Positions 1 to 10,421 of a DNA stretch of 64,000 bases are shown here, piece after piece (within the stretch, counting starts at the first letter, position 1; each line of letters starts with the position of its first letter). Both the position numbers and the translations under genes were made by a program. The stretch lies in assembly GCA_025677605.1 (NCBI GenBank), contig GCA_025677605.1_4110.1; one strand, 5' to 3'. Below the pieces are notes generated by a model, which was not told where the DNA came from, did no database searches, and saw only the letters and a list, made by a program, of their open reading frames with translations. Source of the stretch: a phage.

Positions 1-34
1 ATTTTAACAGTACTTGCATGGTATAGAATCATCA

Positions 35-634
35 TCAATCCTCAGTGAGAATACAGTTCAGGTACGAACACAGTTCATCGTAGAAGAGTTTGTCCAGTAC
101 TGTAAGGTAACAGATACCGTTCTCTTTCATTGCAGCCTGTATCTTATCATAACCATTCACTGTGTCAAGGATTTCTTGATAAGATAATGCATCATCATTA
201 ACAGTACTACTCTGGAATGCCATTTCTTCTATGTTATCGATGGGTTCCTCATCGGAATTTAAGAAGCCTCCATTTTGATATATAATGTAATCTTCATTCC
301 ATGATTTAGTGAAACGGAGCAGGATAGGTTCATTAGCGAACATTTCGATATCACCACTTTCAATGTCGTATGAACAATATAGATTACAGTCTTCATCTAT
401 GAATTCTGCCATAAAGATTGCAGTTCGAGAACCATCATATACATAAACTCCAGTTTTGTTCATCTCAACATCAACTGCCATTCCATTTTTGAATTGCATT
501 CGAATCGTGATTTTAAGACTTTGGAGTATGTTATTTTCTGTATCTTTAACACTATACAATCCACGATATCGTAACCACAAATCTTTGATAGTACTTAAAG
601 AATTGATTAAGTCTTCATTGGGATCTTTTTTCAT
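35..634 (-). CDS. Family A paralog, unknown function
   Basis: 199-aa ORF; motif EEMAFQSSTV; 4-nt overlap with next gene. Confidence 0.7.
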   Translation of the reverse strand: MKKDPNEDLINSLSTIKDLWLRYRGLYSVKDTENNILQSLKITIRMQFKNGMAVDVEMNKTGVYVYDGSRTAIFMAEFIDEDCNLYCSYDIESGDIEMFANEPILLRFTKSWNEDYIIYQNGGFLNSDEEPIDNIEEMAFQSSTVNDDALSYQEILDTVNGYDKIQAAMKENGICYLTVLDKLFYDELCSYLNCILTED

Positions 635-1248
635 TCAGGTATTACCATATTGTTAATTAGTGTTTCTTTCTTGATGCAATCAGGCTTGATATAAATGAAC
701 ATCTTTCGTAGACTCTTCACTTTGTACCAATCATTCAGTACTGAAACCATAAGCCATAATTCTTCTGGTGTAGTGGTAACCTCTGTGATTACACCCATCT
801 GAAACAATGCACCCTTACAATCTTCAAGTGATTTCAGATCAGTCTTATACCCAGATTCAATATCCATTAGTGTTTTAGTTTTGGCATCATATGTGATGAA
901 CGATTCTTTTAGCGTTTTTCTTCCATCATTTAAGGTTAAAAACACTGGATTACCTGGACTAAACATGCACTCTTCAAATTCAGGAAATAAATCATGTGCT
1001 TCTTCATCATCGTCTTGGGTTAATTCCAGTACTAATTCATCTGTATAGATATTACAAATCCCAACGCTATATCTATTATACAGCGTTGTATATTGTGTGG
1101 GTTTTCCCTTTTTTGATAGCTTGAGTTCACTTTTCGGACCGTACTTGTCAAATAGTGTTTGTTTAGCTCTAATTAAATCTGGTGCAATGTTTAGTAAATC
1201 ACGTAGTGCTTTCTCGTACTTAACATACTCTGTTCTAATGTTAGTCAT
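631..1248 (-). CDS. Family A paralog (divergent), unknown function
   Basis: 205-aa ORF; degenerate motif KGALFQMGVI; coupled to neighbours. Confidence 0.6.
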   Translation of the reverse strand: MTNIRTEYVKYEKALRDLLNIAPDLIRAKQTLFDKYGPKSELKLSKKGKPTQYTTLYNRYSVGICNIYTDELVLELTQDDDEEAHDLFPEFEECMFSPGNPVFLTLNDGRKTLKESFITYDAKTKTLMDIESGYKTDLKSLEDCKGALFQMGVITEVTTTPEELWLMVSVLNDWYKVKSLRKMFIYIKPDCIKKETLINNMVIPE

Positions 1249-1780
1249 TGTAACCCTCTAAAAAATAATCTAATGTATCAAGTACATCACTATCAAAAAA
1301 ACAATTATTAACTACAACGATACCAGTATTATGTTCTAAATCATAACATTTATCCAGTACATTGATGCATTCATTGTACTCAATGATATCATGAAGAGTA
1401 CTGTGCTGAAAGTGTTCTTCTTCAGTGTACTCACAGTAATTAATATCAACACTGAACGATTGGTCGTTTCTTTTGCACGGATATAATTTAGTAGACTTTC
1501 GTCCAGACCATGTAATTGAATAACAACCAATCGAATTCTGTGGGATTTGTGTACCAGCATGAAGCATAATGTACAGAGCTTGCGAACTGTATGATTCAAC
1601 GTACAAACGGTTCTTATCTGCATTCATAACACAACCATCAATTGACATGCTTAGTGAATGTGACATTCTACTGGCTTTCCTGATGCCACGGCAGAAATTA
1701 ACATAACGCTGACGTAAGCTGTTAACTTTCTCAGGCCATAGCTCAAATTCTTTAGTATTTGATAATGTTGCAATGTGCAT
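1241..1780 (-). CDS. Family A paralog, unknown function
   Basis: 179-aa ORF; motif EEEHFQHSTL. Confidence 0.7.
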   Translation of the reverse strand: MHIATLSNTKEFELWPEKVNSLRQRYVNFCRGIRKASRMSHSLSMSIDGCVMNADKNRLYVESYSSQALYIMLHAGTQIPQNSIGCYSITWSGRKSTKLYPCKRNDQSFSVDINYCEYTEEEHFQHSTLHDIIEYNECINVLDKCYDLEHNTGIVVVNNCFFDSDVLDTLDYFLEGYND

Positions 1781-1782
1781 TA

Positions 1783-2385
1783 TTATTCCTTAATAACTGG
1801 TATAGCAGACCAAATTCGTTTCATTAGTTCATCTTCTAATACCACATCAGTACTGATCTTTTTGTAGTTCATTGATAATAGAAAATTACATTTCAGTTCT
1901 GATTTTAATTTTTCATAAAGATCAATGTTCATATACATTTCTTCATACGAAGGTAAAGAATGAATTAATGAATTTTGAAAATACCATTCTTCGCTGAAAT
2001 CTTTCACTTCAACACTTTTGATATTCTTAAATGAATCCTTATCAAAATAATATGAAACATCAGAACCATTATAATGTGAAAATGTTTTGAATAATTTTAT
2101 TTCATTTGTTCTACGAAGAATTCTTTCATAGGACAGAATTTTACTATCTTCTAATTCACCATGAAGTATCAGTGAAATATCAAAATCATTTGCAAGTCCA
2201 GCACCAAGGCGTTTGAATGCTAGTGTAATTCGTTGTTCACATGCCGAGATTTCAATCCTGTAAAAATCAGTTGCATACGTTAACATAGAGTATGGGAGAT
2301 GCAACTTTTCATTATTAGAAATACTTTTAGCTAACGTAATGACAGGGTTAAGCATTTTATTAAGAATAGGCATGTCAATGATCAT
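1783..2385 (-). CDS. Family A paralog, unknown function
   Basis: 200-aa ORF; motif EEWYFQNSLI. Confidence 0.7.
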   Translation of the reverse strand: MIIDMPILNKMLNPVITLAKSISNNEKLHLPYSMLTYATDFYRIEISACEQRITLAFKRLGAGLANDFDISLILHGELEDSKILSYERILRRTNEIKLFKTFSHYNGSDVSYYFDKDSFKNIKSVEVKDFSEEWYFQNSLIHSLPSYEEMYMNIDLYEKLKSELKCNFLLSMNYKKISTDVVLEDELMKRIWSAIPVIKE

Positions 2386-2386
2386 A

Positions 2387-2890
2387 TCATAATTCTCTTA
2401 GTTTTTTCAATACATAGTGTAGTACTTCATCTTCATTTACATACGATGTGTACATGAGAAATTTGCAACAAGTACTGTTAAGATAGCACATGTAGGTGAA
2501 CATTGCACTATAATTATTCACAGTACTGTTCTGAAATTCAACTTCATCAATTTCACCCAATGATACAGGTCGCATGTTGCAATCTACACCATCAATTTTT
2601 ACAACAGTAGTTCCTGGATGAAAGACTGCGGATTGTGAACCTATGGTGCTTGTATCGAAACTTGGTGCATCATAGATAGGACTATTGCTATCAAAGAGCA
2701 TGAAAATGTCATGGTCTAAACCTCTTTTCTGCTCAAATACAACTCGGATCATACCATCTTTTTGTATTTTAAGAATAATATCTGGAGCCAGTTCGAATCG
2801 ACCATATTGTTCATTGATATATTTTTCTTCAAGAATTTTATGCAATTCCACAAAGTCTTTAGTACTAAAGTGTTCCATCATATCCCTCAA
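2387..2890 (-). CDS. Family A paralog, unknown function
   Basis: 167-aa ORF; motif DEVEFQNSTV. Confidence 0.7.
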   Translation of the reverse strand: MRDMMEHFSTKDFVELHKILEEKYINEQYGRFELAPDIILKIQKDGMIRVVFEQKRGLDHDIFMLFDSNSPIYDAPSFDTSTIGSQSAVFHPGTTVVKIDGVDCNMRPVSLGEIDEVEFQNSTVNNYSAMFTYMCYLNSTCCKFLMYTSYVNEDEVLHYVLKKLREL

Positions 2891-3323
2891 CTAATTTTGT
2901 AATTTCTGCTCTTCGTACATCAATGTCATGAGCAAATGATATGGATGTGAAACCACGTTCCGCTGCAATGGCTCTCAACTGTAGGAGAAGTAATAACGGA
3001 TATATCACTTCATCAGAATACAAAGTACTTAATTGAAATATGGTTGCTTCATCAATCTCAGTACTTAAATCTATACTTTTAATATCAATGATTAACTGTG
3101 TATTGAAATACCATACATTGTCATTGACATAATCTATAGTAGTATTATCCATTACACTATAATCAATGTATCTTTCATTTGACCATAATGTCATCATATC
3201 ATCGCCGTCCGATGGATAGCTTACGTCAAACCATGAACCTGATTTTCGAGCTTTACCATTATCCAGTTCATTGAGGCAGTACTGGATTAACTTTTTCAGT
3301 AATTCGTAATCGTCTTTATTCAT
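2865..3323 (-). CDS. Family A paralog, unknown function
   Basis: 152-aa ORF; motif EATIFQLSTL. Confidence 0.7.
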   Translation of the reverse strand: MNKDDYELLKKLIQYCLNELDNGKARKSGSWFDVSYPSDGDDMMTLWSNERYIDYSVMDNTTIDYVNDNVWYFNTQLIIDIKSIDLSTEIDEATIFQLSTLYSDEVIYPLLLLLQLRAIAAERGFTSISFAHDIDVRRAEITKLVEGYDGTL

Positions 3324-3801
3324 TGCATTTCCAGAATATAGGATGTTTGTTAAGTGTTTGAAATATCATATCAAATGTAAATTTGTAATAAGAATAAACA
3401 CCGAAATTAATTGATATAGAATTTAAATTAGTTTCATGCACCATAGCACTATGTATCAGAACTGCATTTCTATGAAACTCATTATCAAGGCTCAATTCAG
3501 CCATAAAATCATCTAAAGTTCTGTCGCCGTTCTTTTTCTCGTATATGATTTCACCACTTGGTTCAATGAATACTGAACTTTCCCTTGATAGGATCATGAT
3601 TCGTTTCTCAATGACATTTTGAGATTCTTGACAGTTGAGTTCACAAAATGTCCATGAGCCACAGAACACAGCGATAATGTCGTTGTTTTTCACGAAGTTA
3701 AAGGGAATGCCATCAATCATTATCTGTACTTCGTGCACAAATTTATGAGAATACTTCTCAAGAATTTTACAAAATTTAATAACGTCTGCTGGATTTAACA
3801 T
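3316..3801 (-). CDS. Family A-like paralog (motif degenerate)
   Basis: 161-aa ORF; DDFMAELSLD at the motif position; same size and context. Confidence 0.55.
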   Translation of the reverse strand: MLNPADVIKFCKILEKYSHKFVHEVQIMIDGIPFNFVKNNDIIAVFCGSWTFCELNCQESQNVIEKRIMILSRESSVFIEPSGEIIYEKKNGDRTLDDFMAELSLDNEFHRNAVLIHSAMVHETNLNSISINFGVYSYYKFTFDMIFQTLNKHPIFWKCNE

Positions 3802-4355
3802 TGGATTGCCTTAATATGTTCAATCATTGCCTTGGAGTTAGTACTCATGTACTCAAATATATCATCATTCATGAGTTCTGTCAAGTTCAATTCAACCGTA
3901 CATCCATCTGGTAAGTTCTTCTGACAGAACGGAGCCAGTACTGCACCGTACAGTACATACGGATCATCAATAATTAAACTCTTCTGGAAGCAATCACAAT
4001 CCATATCTTCTTCATTATCGAAGTAAGTACTGATATCTATTGCAGTACTATCTTTACACATCAACTCTACATCACCTTTTTTAATTACTACACGCTTTGT
4101 CTTGGTATTGCGTAATCGGGTGTATTCTTTTATGTGTCGTTGTTGTGTATTGATTTCAATGATATCTTTGTGGTTGTACGTTATTGTGAAGTGCATATCA
4201 TTATTCAAATCACCACTCAGAAAAAAATTAAGATCTCTTAGTACAGTGTGATTGACTTTAATGTATTCACCTTCACGAATTAAACTCAGTGCAGCTACAC
4301 AATCTTCAATAAACTTCTCAAGGAACTTCCCTCTATAGTAAAGACTATATTTCAT
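3795..4355 (-). CDS. Family A paralog, unknown function
   Basis: 186-aa ORF; motif DCDCFQKSLI. Confidence 0.7.
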   Translation of the reverse strand: MKYSLYYRGKFLEKFIEDCVAALSLIREGEYIKVNHTVLRDLNFFLSGDLNNDMHFTITYNHKDIIEINTQQRHIKEYTRLRNTKTKRVVIKKGDVELMCKDSTAIDISTYFDNEEDMDCDCFQKSLIIDDPYVLYGAVLAPFCQKNLPDGCTVELNLTELMNDDIFEYMSTNSKAMIEHIKAIQC

Positions 4356-4930
4356 GAGAACTCCCCAGTATTGTTGATAAGACTGTCCAGACCTTCATGA
4401 ATTCTTTTAAATTCACTACGTTTAAAACGATGAACAATTTGTTGTAATGGACAGTATTTGTCTTTCTTATCCAGTTCATGATTGACGATTGTACTGAAAA
4501 GTAATAAATCCAATTCGTTAGTACTGTACATAGTACTTAACTGGAATAGTTCTTCTTCTATAGTACTACTGTTAAGATTAATCTTTGGAATTTTTTTACC
4601 TGAAATAACAATCCCTGCAAATTCACTTGTCCCTGGAACTTCAGCATTTCCTCCAATAATATAATCGTAGTTAATGTACCCATCGTTATTGGTTAAATCT
4701 TCTTTATTGTACTTAATTATCAGAAAGACACGTAGATCATTCATCGAAACTACTGCATGATCATACATACCTTCCTGGTCTTTAGTAATCGCCAAACGCA
4801 TATATGGGAGATTAAATGTCTTTTTAGTTTTACATAAATCACTATTAAGAATAGCATTCACTTTCAAAACCATCTTAGTGTAATATTGATACTCTTCGGA
4901 CATGTAATTATAAAGATTTGAGAAAGGCAT
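4352..4930 (-). CDS. Family A paralog, unknown function
   Basis: 192-aa ORF; motif EEELFQLSTM. Confidence 0.7.
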   Translation of the reverse strand: MPFSNLYNYMSEEYQYYTKMVLKVNAILNSDLCKTKKTFNLPYMRLAITKDQEGMYDHAVVSMNDLRVFLIIKYNKEDLTNNDGYINYDYIIGGNAEVPGTSEFAGIVISGKKIPKINLNSSTIEEELFQLSTMYSTNELDLLLFSTIVNHELDKKDKYCPLQQIVHRFKRSEFKRIHEGLDSLINNTGEFS

Positions 4931-5480
4931 TTAATTCCTCCAATAATTCTTCTTGTGTTTCAGTACTTTCATTGTATAAATTATTGAAAGCGGAACACTC
5001 CCCACTACCAAGTTGCATTGATAGTTGATATACAAAATCAGCTTTAGCTATCATATCATAACCAGGAAGCAACGACAACTGGAAAAGATATGCTTCTCGC
5101 TCTTCTGGATTTTGTAGCTCAGGTGCAATATGAAGATATTCTTCATCATCATAATAATCATCGTACAAATTTCTGACGATTAATTCGTTAGTTTCTTTGA
5201 GTTTATTCACAGTAAGACTACAATCAGAAACTGAACCCAAAAATTTACTCTCTCTGCCTGATGCCACATAAGAAGCATCAACTGACCATATATTTTTGGT
5301 TTTATGTTGAATGCAGTGTTGTATTTGGATATTAGCATAACGATACAAAGTACTGCAATCAAAAACTAATCGGTACATTGGATTGTTGAAGTAATGAAAA
5401 ATATTCTCTGTTCTTTTTTGTTCATCTAACTTATGAGTAAGTTCTTCTAGTACTTTAAAAATATCAATTAGTGTTTTCAT
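4908..5480 (-). CDS. Family A paralog, unknown function
   Basis: 190-aa ORF; motif EAYLFQLSLL. Confidence 0.7.
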   Translation of the reverse strand: MKTLIDIFKVLEELTHKLDEQKRTENIFHYFNNPMYRLVFDCSTLYRYANIQIQHCIQHKTKNIWSVDASYVASGRESKFLGSVSDCSLTVNKLKETNELIVRNLYDDYYDDEEYLHIAPELQNPEEREAYLFQLSLLPGYDMIAKADFVYQLSMQLGSGECSAFNNLYNESTETQEELLEELNAFLKSL

Positions 5481-6018
5481 GTTCTTTTCTCGTTTGTGCG
5501 TAGTTTTTCAAGTCCTTGAGTAATACTACTAATTGATCATCAGTGAGTAATGATGCTGTTGCACTATATGACATATAATAATTATTGAGATTGAAATCAA
5601 ATTTATAGTTACGTGCTAAAGCTTCAATCGTAAGTGCATCAGTGATTAATTTATCGTGAGTTACAGAACTCTGGAAATTTTGTTCTTCTAAATTCTCAGT
5701 ACTGAACAACGCAATAGGATCATATGATGGTTCTTTGTAATCCACTGCCTCTTTCATTCGAGGATTACGTGAAATAAAAGCCCAAGAACTGTCATATGAA
5801 AAATCAACAACACAGTCTTCCTCATCACCTTCATGTGGGTAAACGCACAGAATAGTTTTATTTTCTTCTGTGAACATCTGCTGCGTTGCAATACCCTCTC
5901 CTGTGTATTCAATTTCATAATCGAAACCGATTCTTAATTTACGTCCCTGTGAATTACACGTTTCAAGAAGTTTTCCCAGTTCGTTGTAAATTTGTAAGAT
6001 TAATAGGTAATTGTCCAT
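5464..6018 (-). CDS. Family A paralog, unknown function
   Basis: Track ORF 5464..6075 trimmed to MDNYLL (GAGGA SD). The removed extension overlaps the terminator/promoter at 6047..6085. Motif EEQNFQSSVT. Confidence 0.65.
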   Translation of the reverse strand: MDNYLLILQIYNELGKLLETCNSQGRKLRIGFDYEIEYTGEGIATQQMFTEENKTILCVYPHEGDEEDCVVDFSYDSSWAFISRNPRMKEAVDYKEPSYDPIALFSTENLEEQNFQSSVTHDKLITDALTIEALARNYKFDFNLNNYYMSYSATASLLTDDQLVVLLKDLKNYAQTRKEHENTN

Positions 6019-6046
6019 ATGATATCCTCGGTTAAATAATATTAAA

Positions 6047-6085
6047 ATAATAGCAAAGAAAAAAGCCAGAGTCAATACCCTGGCT
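6047..6085 (-). promoter_or_regulatory. Terminator hairpin with embedded sigma70-type promoter
   Basis: Stem AGCCAG 6064..6069 / CTGGCT 6080..6085, followed on the minus strand by a U-tract. -35 TTGACT 6070..6075 lies in the loop; 17-bp spacer; -10 TATTAT 6047..6052. Confidence 0.6.
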
Positions 6086-6091
6086 TTAAAA

Positions 6092-7504
6092 TTATTTCAC
6101 GTTAAAAATCGAAGTGGCTTTTTGTAAAGCATGTACTTCAGACTGTTGATTGTCTACCATCATCATTGTGTCCTTGACATGCTCCGCATTTTGCTGTACT
6201 GAACGGTCCATCATATTAACACTCTCGGTAACCTGAAGGATTGCAATGCTTTGTTGTTCAGCCATTATAGCTAAATCATCAATGAACTGCAAGAGAGAAT
6301 CAACATTTTTTACAATAGAATCAATATCACTTGCAGTTTCGTTGATTTGTTCTATTCCTTGGTTGTTGTTTTTTACAGAGTTATCAACGATTTCTTTAAT
6401 TTCTTTACTACATGCATCACATTTCATTGCTAAGTTACGAACTTCCTGTGCAACAACAGAGAATCCACGTCCATGTTCACCCGCTTTAGCAGCCTCAATA
6501 CTGGCATTTAAAGAAAGAATATTAGTCTGGAAAGCAATAGTTTCTATATTTTTGAGTATAGCAACTATAGCATTAGAATCTTCTTTAATTCTATCCATCT
6601 GCTCTTTGCAATTATTAATACTTTCAATTGCATTAGTACTGGATTCTTTTGTAGTTTTAACCATACTTTTTGCAGTATTGGAGTTATCAGATGTATTTGC
6701 AGATGTAGCACTTAATTCTTCCATAGCAGCAGCGATTTGAGTAAGTGCCTGTCCTTGTGTTTCAGTTCTGAAAGCTAAATCATTACTTTTACTTTCGAGA
6801 TGATAGGAGTTGCTTTTCATTGACTGAACTGTAATTTGTACTTGTTCAATTGCCTCACGCATAGCTGATATTGTTTTACTAAAAGTCTGTGCAAATTCTG
6901 AGTTGAAATGATTATTTTGTATTTCTAAAGTAATATTGCCGTCTTCAGAATTCACCGAATGGGCAATTCGTTGAATTTCATCTGCTTCATTTGCATCTTT
7001 CTCCATAATATACGCAACGTACATCAGAACTATTGCCTGTACTACTACATATATTGCGTGCTCTATAATGTGCCATAACGAAATATGGTGAAAAGAAAAC
7101 ACGAATAATATTGGAATTCCAGCACCCTGTAACAATCCAAATAATAAATGATGTATAGCAATCAGTACTGAACCTGCTAATACACAACGCCAGTCACGCC
7201 ATACAATCAATAAACTTAAAAAGACAAAAACTGTAAAGTGCCATTCCACCATCCCTAAGCCAAGATGTATTAGTAACGCACTCCAGCACATCACATTTAT
7301 ACTTAACAACGTTCGAGTGAACGCATTACTTTCAACAAATAGTAAAGGAGTTAGCATTACTAATAATAAAACTGCACCGATTAGTGCAATAATAAAACTA
7401 CCATGAACAACACCGGAAACTAAAGTAACAGCAAATAAAGCCCCTATACAACATAGTACTAAATTATCGGCTTTTTTGCGTATATTTTCTAAATTACTTT
7501 TCAA
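6092..7504 (-). CDS. Methyl-accepting chemotaxis protein homolog (multi-TM N-terminus plus MCP signalling domain)
   Basis: 470 aa. About 5 hydrophobic helices in the first 170 aa. Contains the canonical MCP hairpin-tip signature [37 protein letters not shown]. Alignable by eye to E. coli Tsr. Confidence 0.9.
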   Translation of the reverse strand: MKSNLENIRKKADNLVLCCIGALFAVTLVSGVVHGSFIIALIGAVLLLVMLTPLLFVESNAFTRTLLSINVMCWSALLIHLGLGMVEWHFTVFVFLSLLIVWRDWRCVLAGSVLIAIHHLLFGLLQGAGIPILFVFSFHHISLWHIIEHAIYVVVQAIVLMYVAYIMEKDANEADEIQRIAHSVNSEDGNITLEIQNNHFNSEFAQTFSKTISAMREAIEQVQITVQSMKSNSYHLESKSNDLAFRTETQGQALTQIAAAMEELSATSANTSDNSNTAKSMVKTTKESSTNAIESINNCKEQMDRIKEDSNAIVAILKNIETIAFQTNILSLNASIEAAKAGEHGRGFSVVAQEVRNLAMKCDACSKEIKEIVDNSVKNNNQGIEQINETASDIDSIVKNVDSLLQFIDDLAIMAEQQSIAILQVTESVNMMDRSVQQNAEHVKDTMMMVDNQQSEVHALQKATSIFNVK

Positions 7505-8049
7505 CGTACTTCTCCATAATTTAAATTATCATCAATATATTTTTTTAATAACAAATGCATTTTCTCTAGTTCCTCTTGGCTTTTGGTAAGTAACTTGTCC
7601 ATAATTGTAATTTCATAATGATCTTCTAATAACCTAAGTAATTTATAACCCATTTCTAGCTTATTATAAGTTAATTGATCATATGACATAGCAGCCATGA
7701 ACATTTGTTCTTTGAAAGTGTTTGAATCAATTTTAGCTACAGCTAACTTCTCGTCATCTTCATAAGAATGTTTTACCAGTATCTTAGTGTAGCGTGATAC
7801 ATTATATAGACGAATTTCACTATCTCCGCGTAGAATTTCCATCTTGTATTCTTGTCTACGTTGTGTTGCATTAATGATCTTTACGACATAACCTAAACCA
7901 CTAATGAACAATGTAATATTAGAATATACTGATGGAGATTCTTTTGGGTTGATATTTAATTCACCTAACTCAAAATTAACAGTCTTATTATCAGGACTGT
8001 TTTTAAAAATATAAATCATGCATTCAATAATATTTACAATGCTATCCAT
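7501..8049 (-). CDS. Family A-like paralog (motif degenerate)
   Basis: 182-aa ORF; [11 protein letters not shown] at the motif position; ATGA overlap with the MCP gene. Confidence 0.6.
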   Translation of the reverse strand: MDSIVNIIECMIYIFKNSPDNKTVNFELGELNINPKESPSVYSNITLFISGLGYVVKIINATQRRQEYKMEILRGDSEIRLYNVSRYTKILVKHSYEDDEKLAVAKIDSNTFKEQMFMAAMSYDQLTYNKLEMGYKLLRLLEDHYEITIMDKLLTKSQEELEKMHLLLKKYIDDNLNYGEVR

Positions 8050-8080
8050 AAAATACGCTCTCTTTTAAATAGGTTACAAT

Positions 8081-8109
8081 ATTCTAACACTCTACATTAC
8101 TAATGTCAA
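8081..8109 (-). promoter_or_regulatory. sigma70-type promoter
   Basis: -35 TTGACA 8104..8109; 17 bp; -10 TAGAAT 8081..8086; reads into 7501..8049 and the MCP gene. Confidence 0.6.
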
Positions 8110-8117
8110 CCTATAAA

Positions 8118-8141
8118 CGAAAAAAGACCCATCAGGGTCTT
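8118..8141 (-). terminator. Rho-independent terminator
   Basis: AAGACCC-ATCA-GGGTCTT hairpin covering the stop codon of 8132..8683, then UUUUU on the minus strand. Confidence 0.6.
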
Positions 8142-8683
8142 TTAAATGCTCGTAAGTCTCTCAGAATGTTTGGTAGAGTGCCTTGTTCCATTACAGAATT
8201 CAGTACATTAAGATCCATTGTAAGATAGAAACCATCAGGGATGTAATCACGCACTAACTTATCCAACTCAATGATATCCATTGTTAACTGATCATATAGA
8301 GTACTGTACTGGAAAAGCACCCCATCGTCAACATTTAAATCTATTAAGTTATCACCGTGATTGCATTGGCAAAAGTTATTAGCAAGATTTTTATGTTTAA
8401 TGCTGCTTATGTACACATATGGATAACGTGTGAGTACACGATTCTGTGCCTCCGAACAACCATCTGCAATTTCTTCATCTGATAACTCAGGGTGCAAAAG
8501 AAACAATGAACTATCACTAATGTACAAAGTACCTATAGAACCGTTTTTATTATTACTGTGTCGAATATAACATGAACCAAGATTTGATATAGGTTTTATA
8601 TCTTGTAGTACAATAGGAAAAAAGTTAATAATAACTTTAGATAGATCTTTTAGTACTGGGTTTATTGTTAATGGTAGACTCAT
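8132..8683 (-). CDS. Family A paralog, unknown function
   Basis: 183-aa ORF; motif DGVLFQYSTL. Confidence 0.7.
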   Translation of the reverse strand: MSLPLTINPVLKDLSKVIINFFPIVLQDIKPISNLGSCYIRHSNNKNGSIGTLYISDSSLFLLHPELSDEEIADGCSEAQNRVLTRYPYVYISSIKHKNLANNFCQCNHGDNLIDLNVDDGVLFQYSTLYDQLTMDIIELDKLVRDYIPDGFYLTMDLNVLNSVMEQGTLPNILRDLRAFKRP

Positions 8684-9312
8684 TTCATTATCCTTGAACC
8701 GCCTATATAGGTATCGTTAAAATAATTATCATTTTCAAACGCCATGTTATTCAAATCAGCAAGGTCATCGAAGTAACCGCCTTCAATACATATTTCTTTG
8801 AATACGTCACTGTACTTGAATAAATTTACTAAACTAAAGGTAATGTCTGCTCTTTGAACTTTAGTACATTTAAGGTGCTCATGTAGATATGGGAAAACAA
8901 TAGTATATAATAAATCATTCGGTTCATATATTAAACTATTTTGAAAGAATGATTCTTCTGAATAATCCATAACATTGAGGTTCAATCTAAGTACCTCATT
9001 ACTATCCAGTACTAATGTTTTATCTGACAAATCGAAGTTCAAGCAGTGCGTATAAAATGGTCCCAAATTACCAACTCTATTTTTATCTAAACCACTAGGA
9101 CTGAAATCAAGCCATACTTCATTCAACTCACTATCATCTGATTCTATGTACTCAAGAACATTGTTATGAAAACGCATGTCATAACATTCAAGGAACTTAT
9201 CATCCTTCAGACGTGGTAATATGTCCGTTAATGCTCGTGCATACGCAATGCAGTGCTTATACTCTAGGCGATGAAAAACGTACTTTGAAATTGGTTTTCT
9301 TTTTGTACTCAT
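8680..9312 (-). CDS. Family A paralog, unknown function
   Basis: 210-aa ORF; motif EESFFQNSLI. Confidence 0.7.
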   Translation of the reverse strand: MSTKRKPISKYVFHRLEYKHCIAYARALTDILPRLKDDKFLECYDMRFHNNVLEYIESDDSELNEVWLDFSPSGLDKNRVGNLGPFYTHCLNFDLSDKTLVLDSNEVLRLNLNVMDYSEESFFQNSLIYEPNDLLYTIVFPYLHEHLKCTKVQRADITFSLVNLFKYSDVFKEICIEGGYFDDLADLNNMAFENDNYFNDTYIGGSRIMK

Positions 9313-9316
9313 TCAA

Positions 9317-9931
9317 TTAATCTCCAATTGTACATATGTTTTCTTCAGTAATACTTTTTAATTTAAGTAATAAACCATCCCAGTCCTGTTCTTTGAATAT
9401 TTCAGGTTCTAATTTGATATACTTTGTTAATGGTAATTTAGGGGATAGATTTTTACAAAATTTAATAGCATCAATAACACAGGCGTTGTGAATTAATGAG
9501 TACTGAAACAATGTTTCGTCGAGTACATCATCATCTGGAATATCCAGAAATTCAGGTTCATGTGTTGTGACATAGTATTCTTCTTCTTCATCCATATCAA
9601 TGTAGACTTTATTAAGATAATTAAGTCCAGATGAACTAATAAAAATACCATCGCTTCTTGAGATACAAATATAAGAACTGGGCATATATATATCTAAATC
9701 TCTTTCTCTGTTGTGGTCGGTCAATTCTGTTCTTACGCAGATGATAGCTTTACAATTTTCATCCATTAAATCAAACCATTTGTCACCACGGTCAAATTTG
9801 TATGTAGAATTTTGTTCAGTACTGGTATGAAATGAAATAACACGATTTGTTAGACGCCATGCAAATTCATGAATACGAATTAGTTCTAAACTTATCTGAC
9901 TAATTTTATCTATTGTTTCGTTTGTCAGCAT
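9317..9931 (-). CDS. Family A paralog, unknown function
   Basis: 204-aa ORF; motif DETLFQYSLI. Confidence 0.7.
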   Translation of the reverse strand: MLTNETIDKISQISLELIRIHEFAWRLTNRVISFHTSTEQNSTYKFDRGDKWFDLMDENCKAIICVRTELTDHNRERDLDIYMPSSYICISRSDGIFISSSGLNYLNKVYIDMDEEEEYYVTTHEPEFLDIPDDDVLDETLFQYSLIHNACVIDAIKFCKNLSPKLPLTKYIKLEPEIFKEQDWDGLLLKLKSITEENICTIGD

Positions 9932-10412
9932 TTTTTAAAATCCTTACTTGTTTAATAAAGTGCTTCATTGAAGCAAATTCAAAACTAATTCTCTGAAACT
10001 CACTATATTTTTTAAAGTACGATAGAATAAACATAGCTTTAAGTTCAGAGTCATTGTAAATTAATGAATTTTGGAAATAATTTTCATCCGTTAAATCCGT
10101 AATGTACGGAAGTATATGATTAATAAATTGGGCTTTTCCTCTTTGGTGTGAAATATATTTTATATCAGAACCATCTGAACGAAATAGAATATAGTCTGTT
10201 TTACCTTTCTCAAACATAGAATGAGCCAGACGATCTTCAGCTTTAGTATGAAAATATATACTATGAGCACCGTGACGAATATTGAAAGACGATTCAGTAC
10301 TGTGATGGATAGCGAAATATCTATGCAAATTAACTTCATTAACGTACAAATAAGTTATTGTATCAAGACAATCCTTTGCGAACTTTATTAGTTCTGATAG
10401 TTTCCTCGACAT
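9906..10412 (-). CDS. Family A paralog, unknown function
   Basis: 168-aa ORF; motif DENYFQNSLI. Confidence 0.7.
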   Translation of the reverse strand: MSRKLSELIKFAKDCLDTITYLYVNEVNLHRYFAIHHSTESSFNIRHGAHSIYFHTKAEDRLAHSMFEKGKTDYILFRSDGSDIKYISHQRGKAQFINHILPYITDLTDENYFQNSLIYNDSELKAMFILSYFKKYSEFQRISFEFASMKHFIKQVRILKNADKRNNR

Positions 10413-10421
10413 ATAGCACCT

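Noticed and set aside
6500-6560. Similarity between the MCP tip [10 protein letters not shown] and the family A motif FQNSLI
   Set aside because: The MCP sequence is the universal chemoreceptor hairpin tip. The resemblance is only 3-4 residues and lacks the flanking acidic run, so it is most likely coincidence.
6246-6740. 164-aa plus-strand ORF in the track
   Set aside because: It lies entirely antisense to the MCP signalling domain, whose homology on the minus strand explains the region. The composition is low-complexity Ser/Leu/Ile-rich, typical of an antisense frame.
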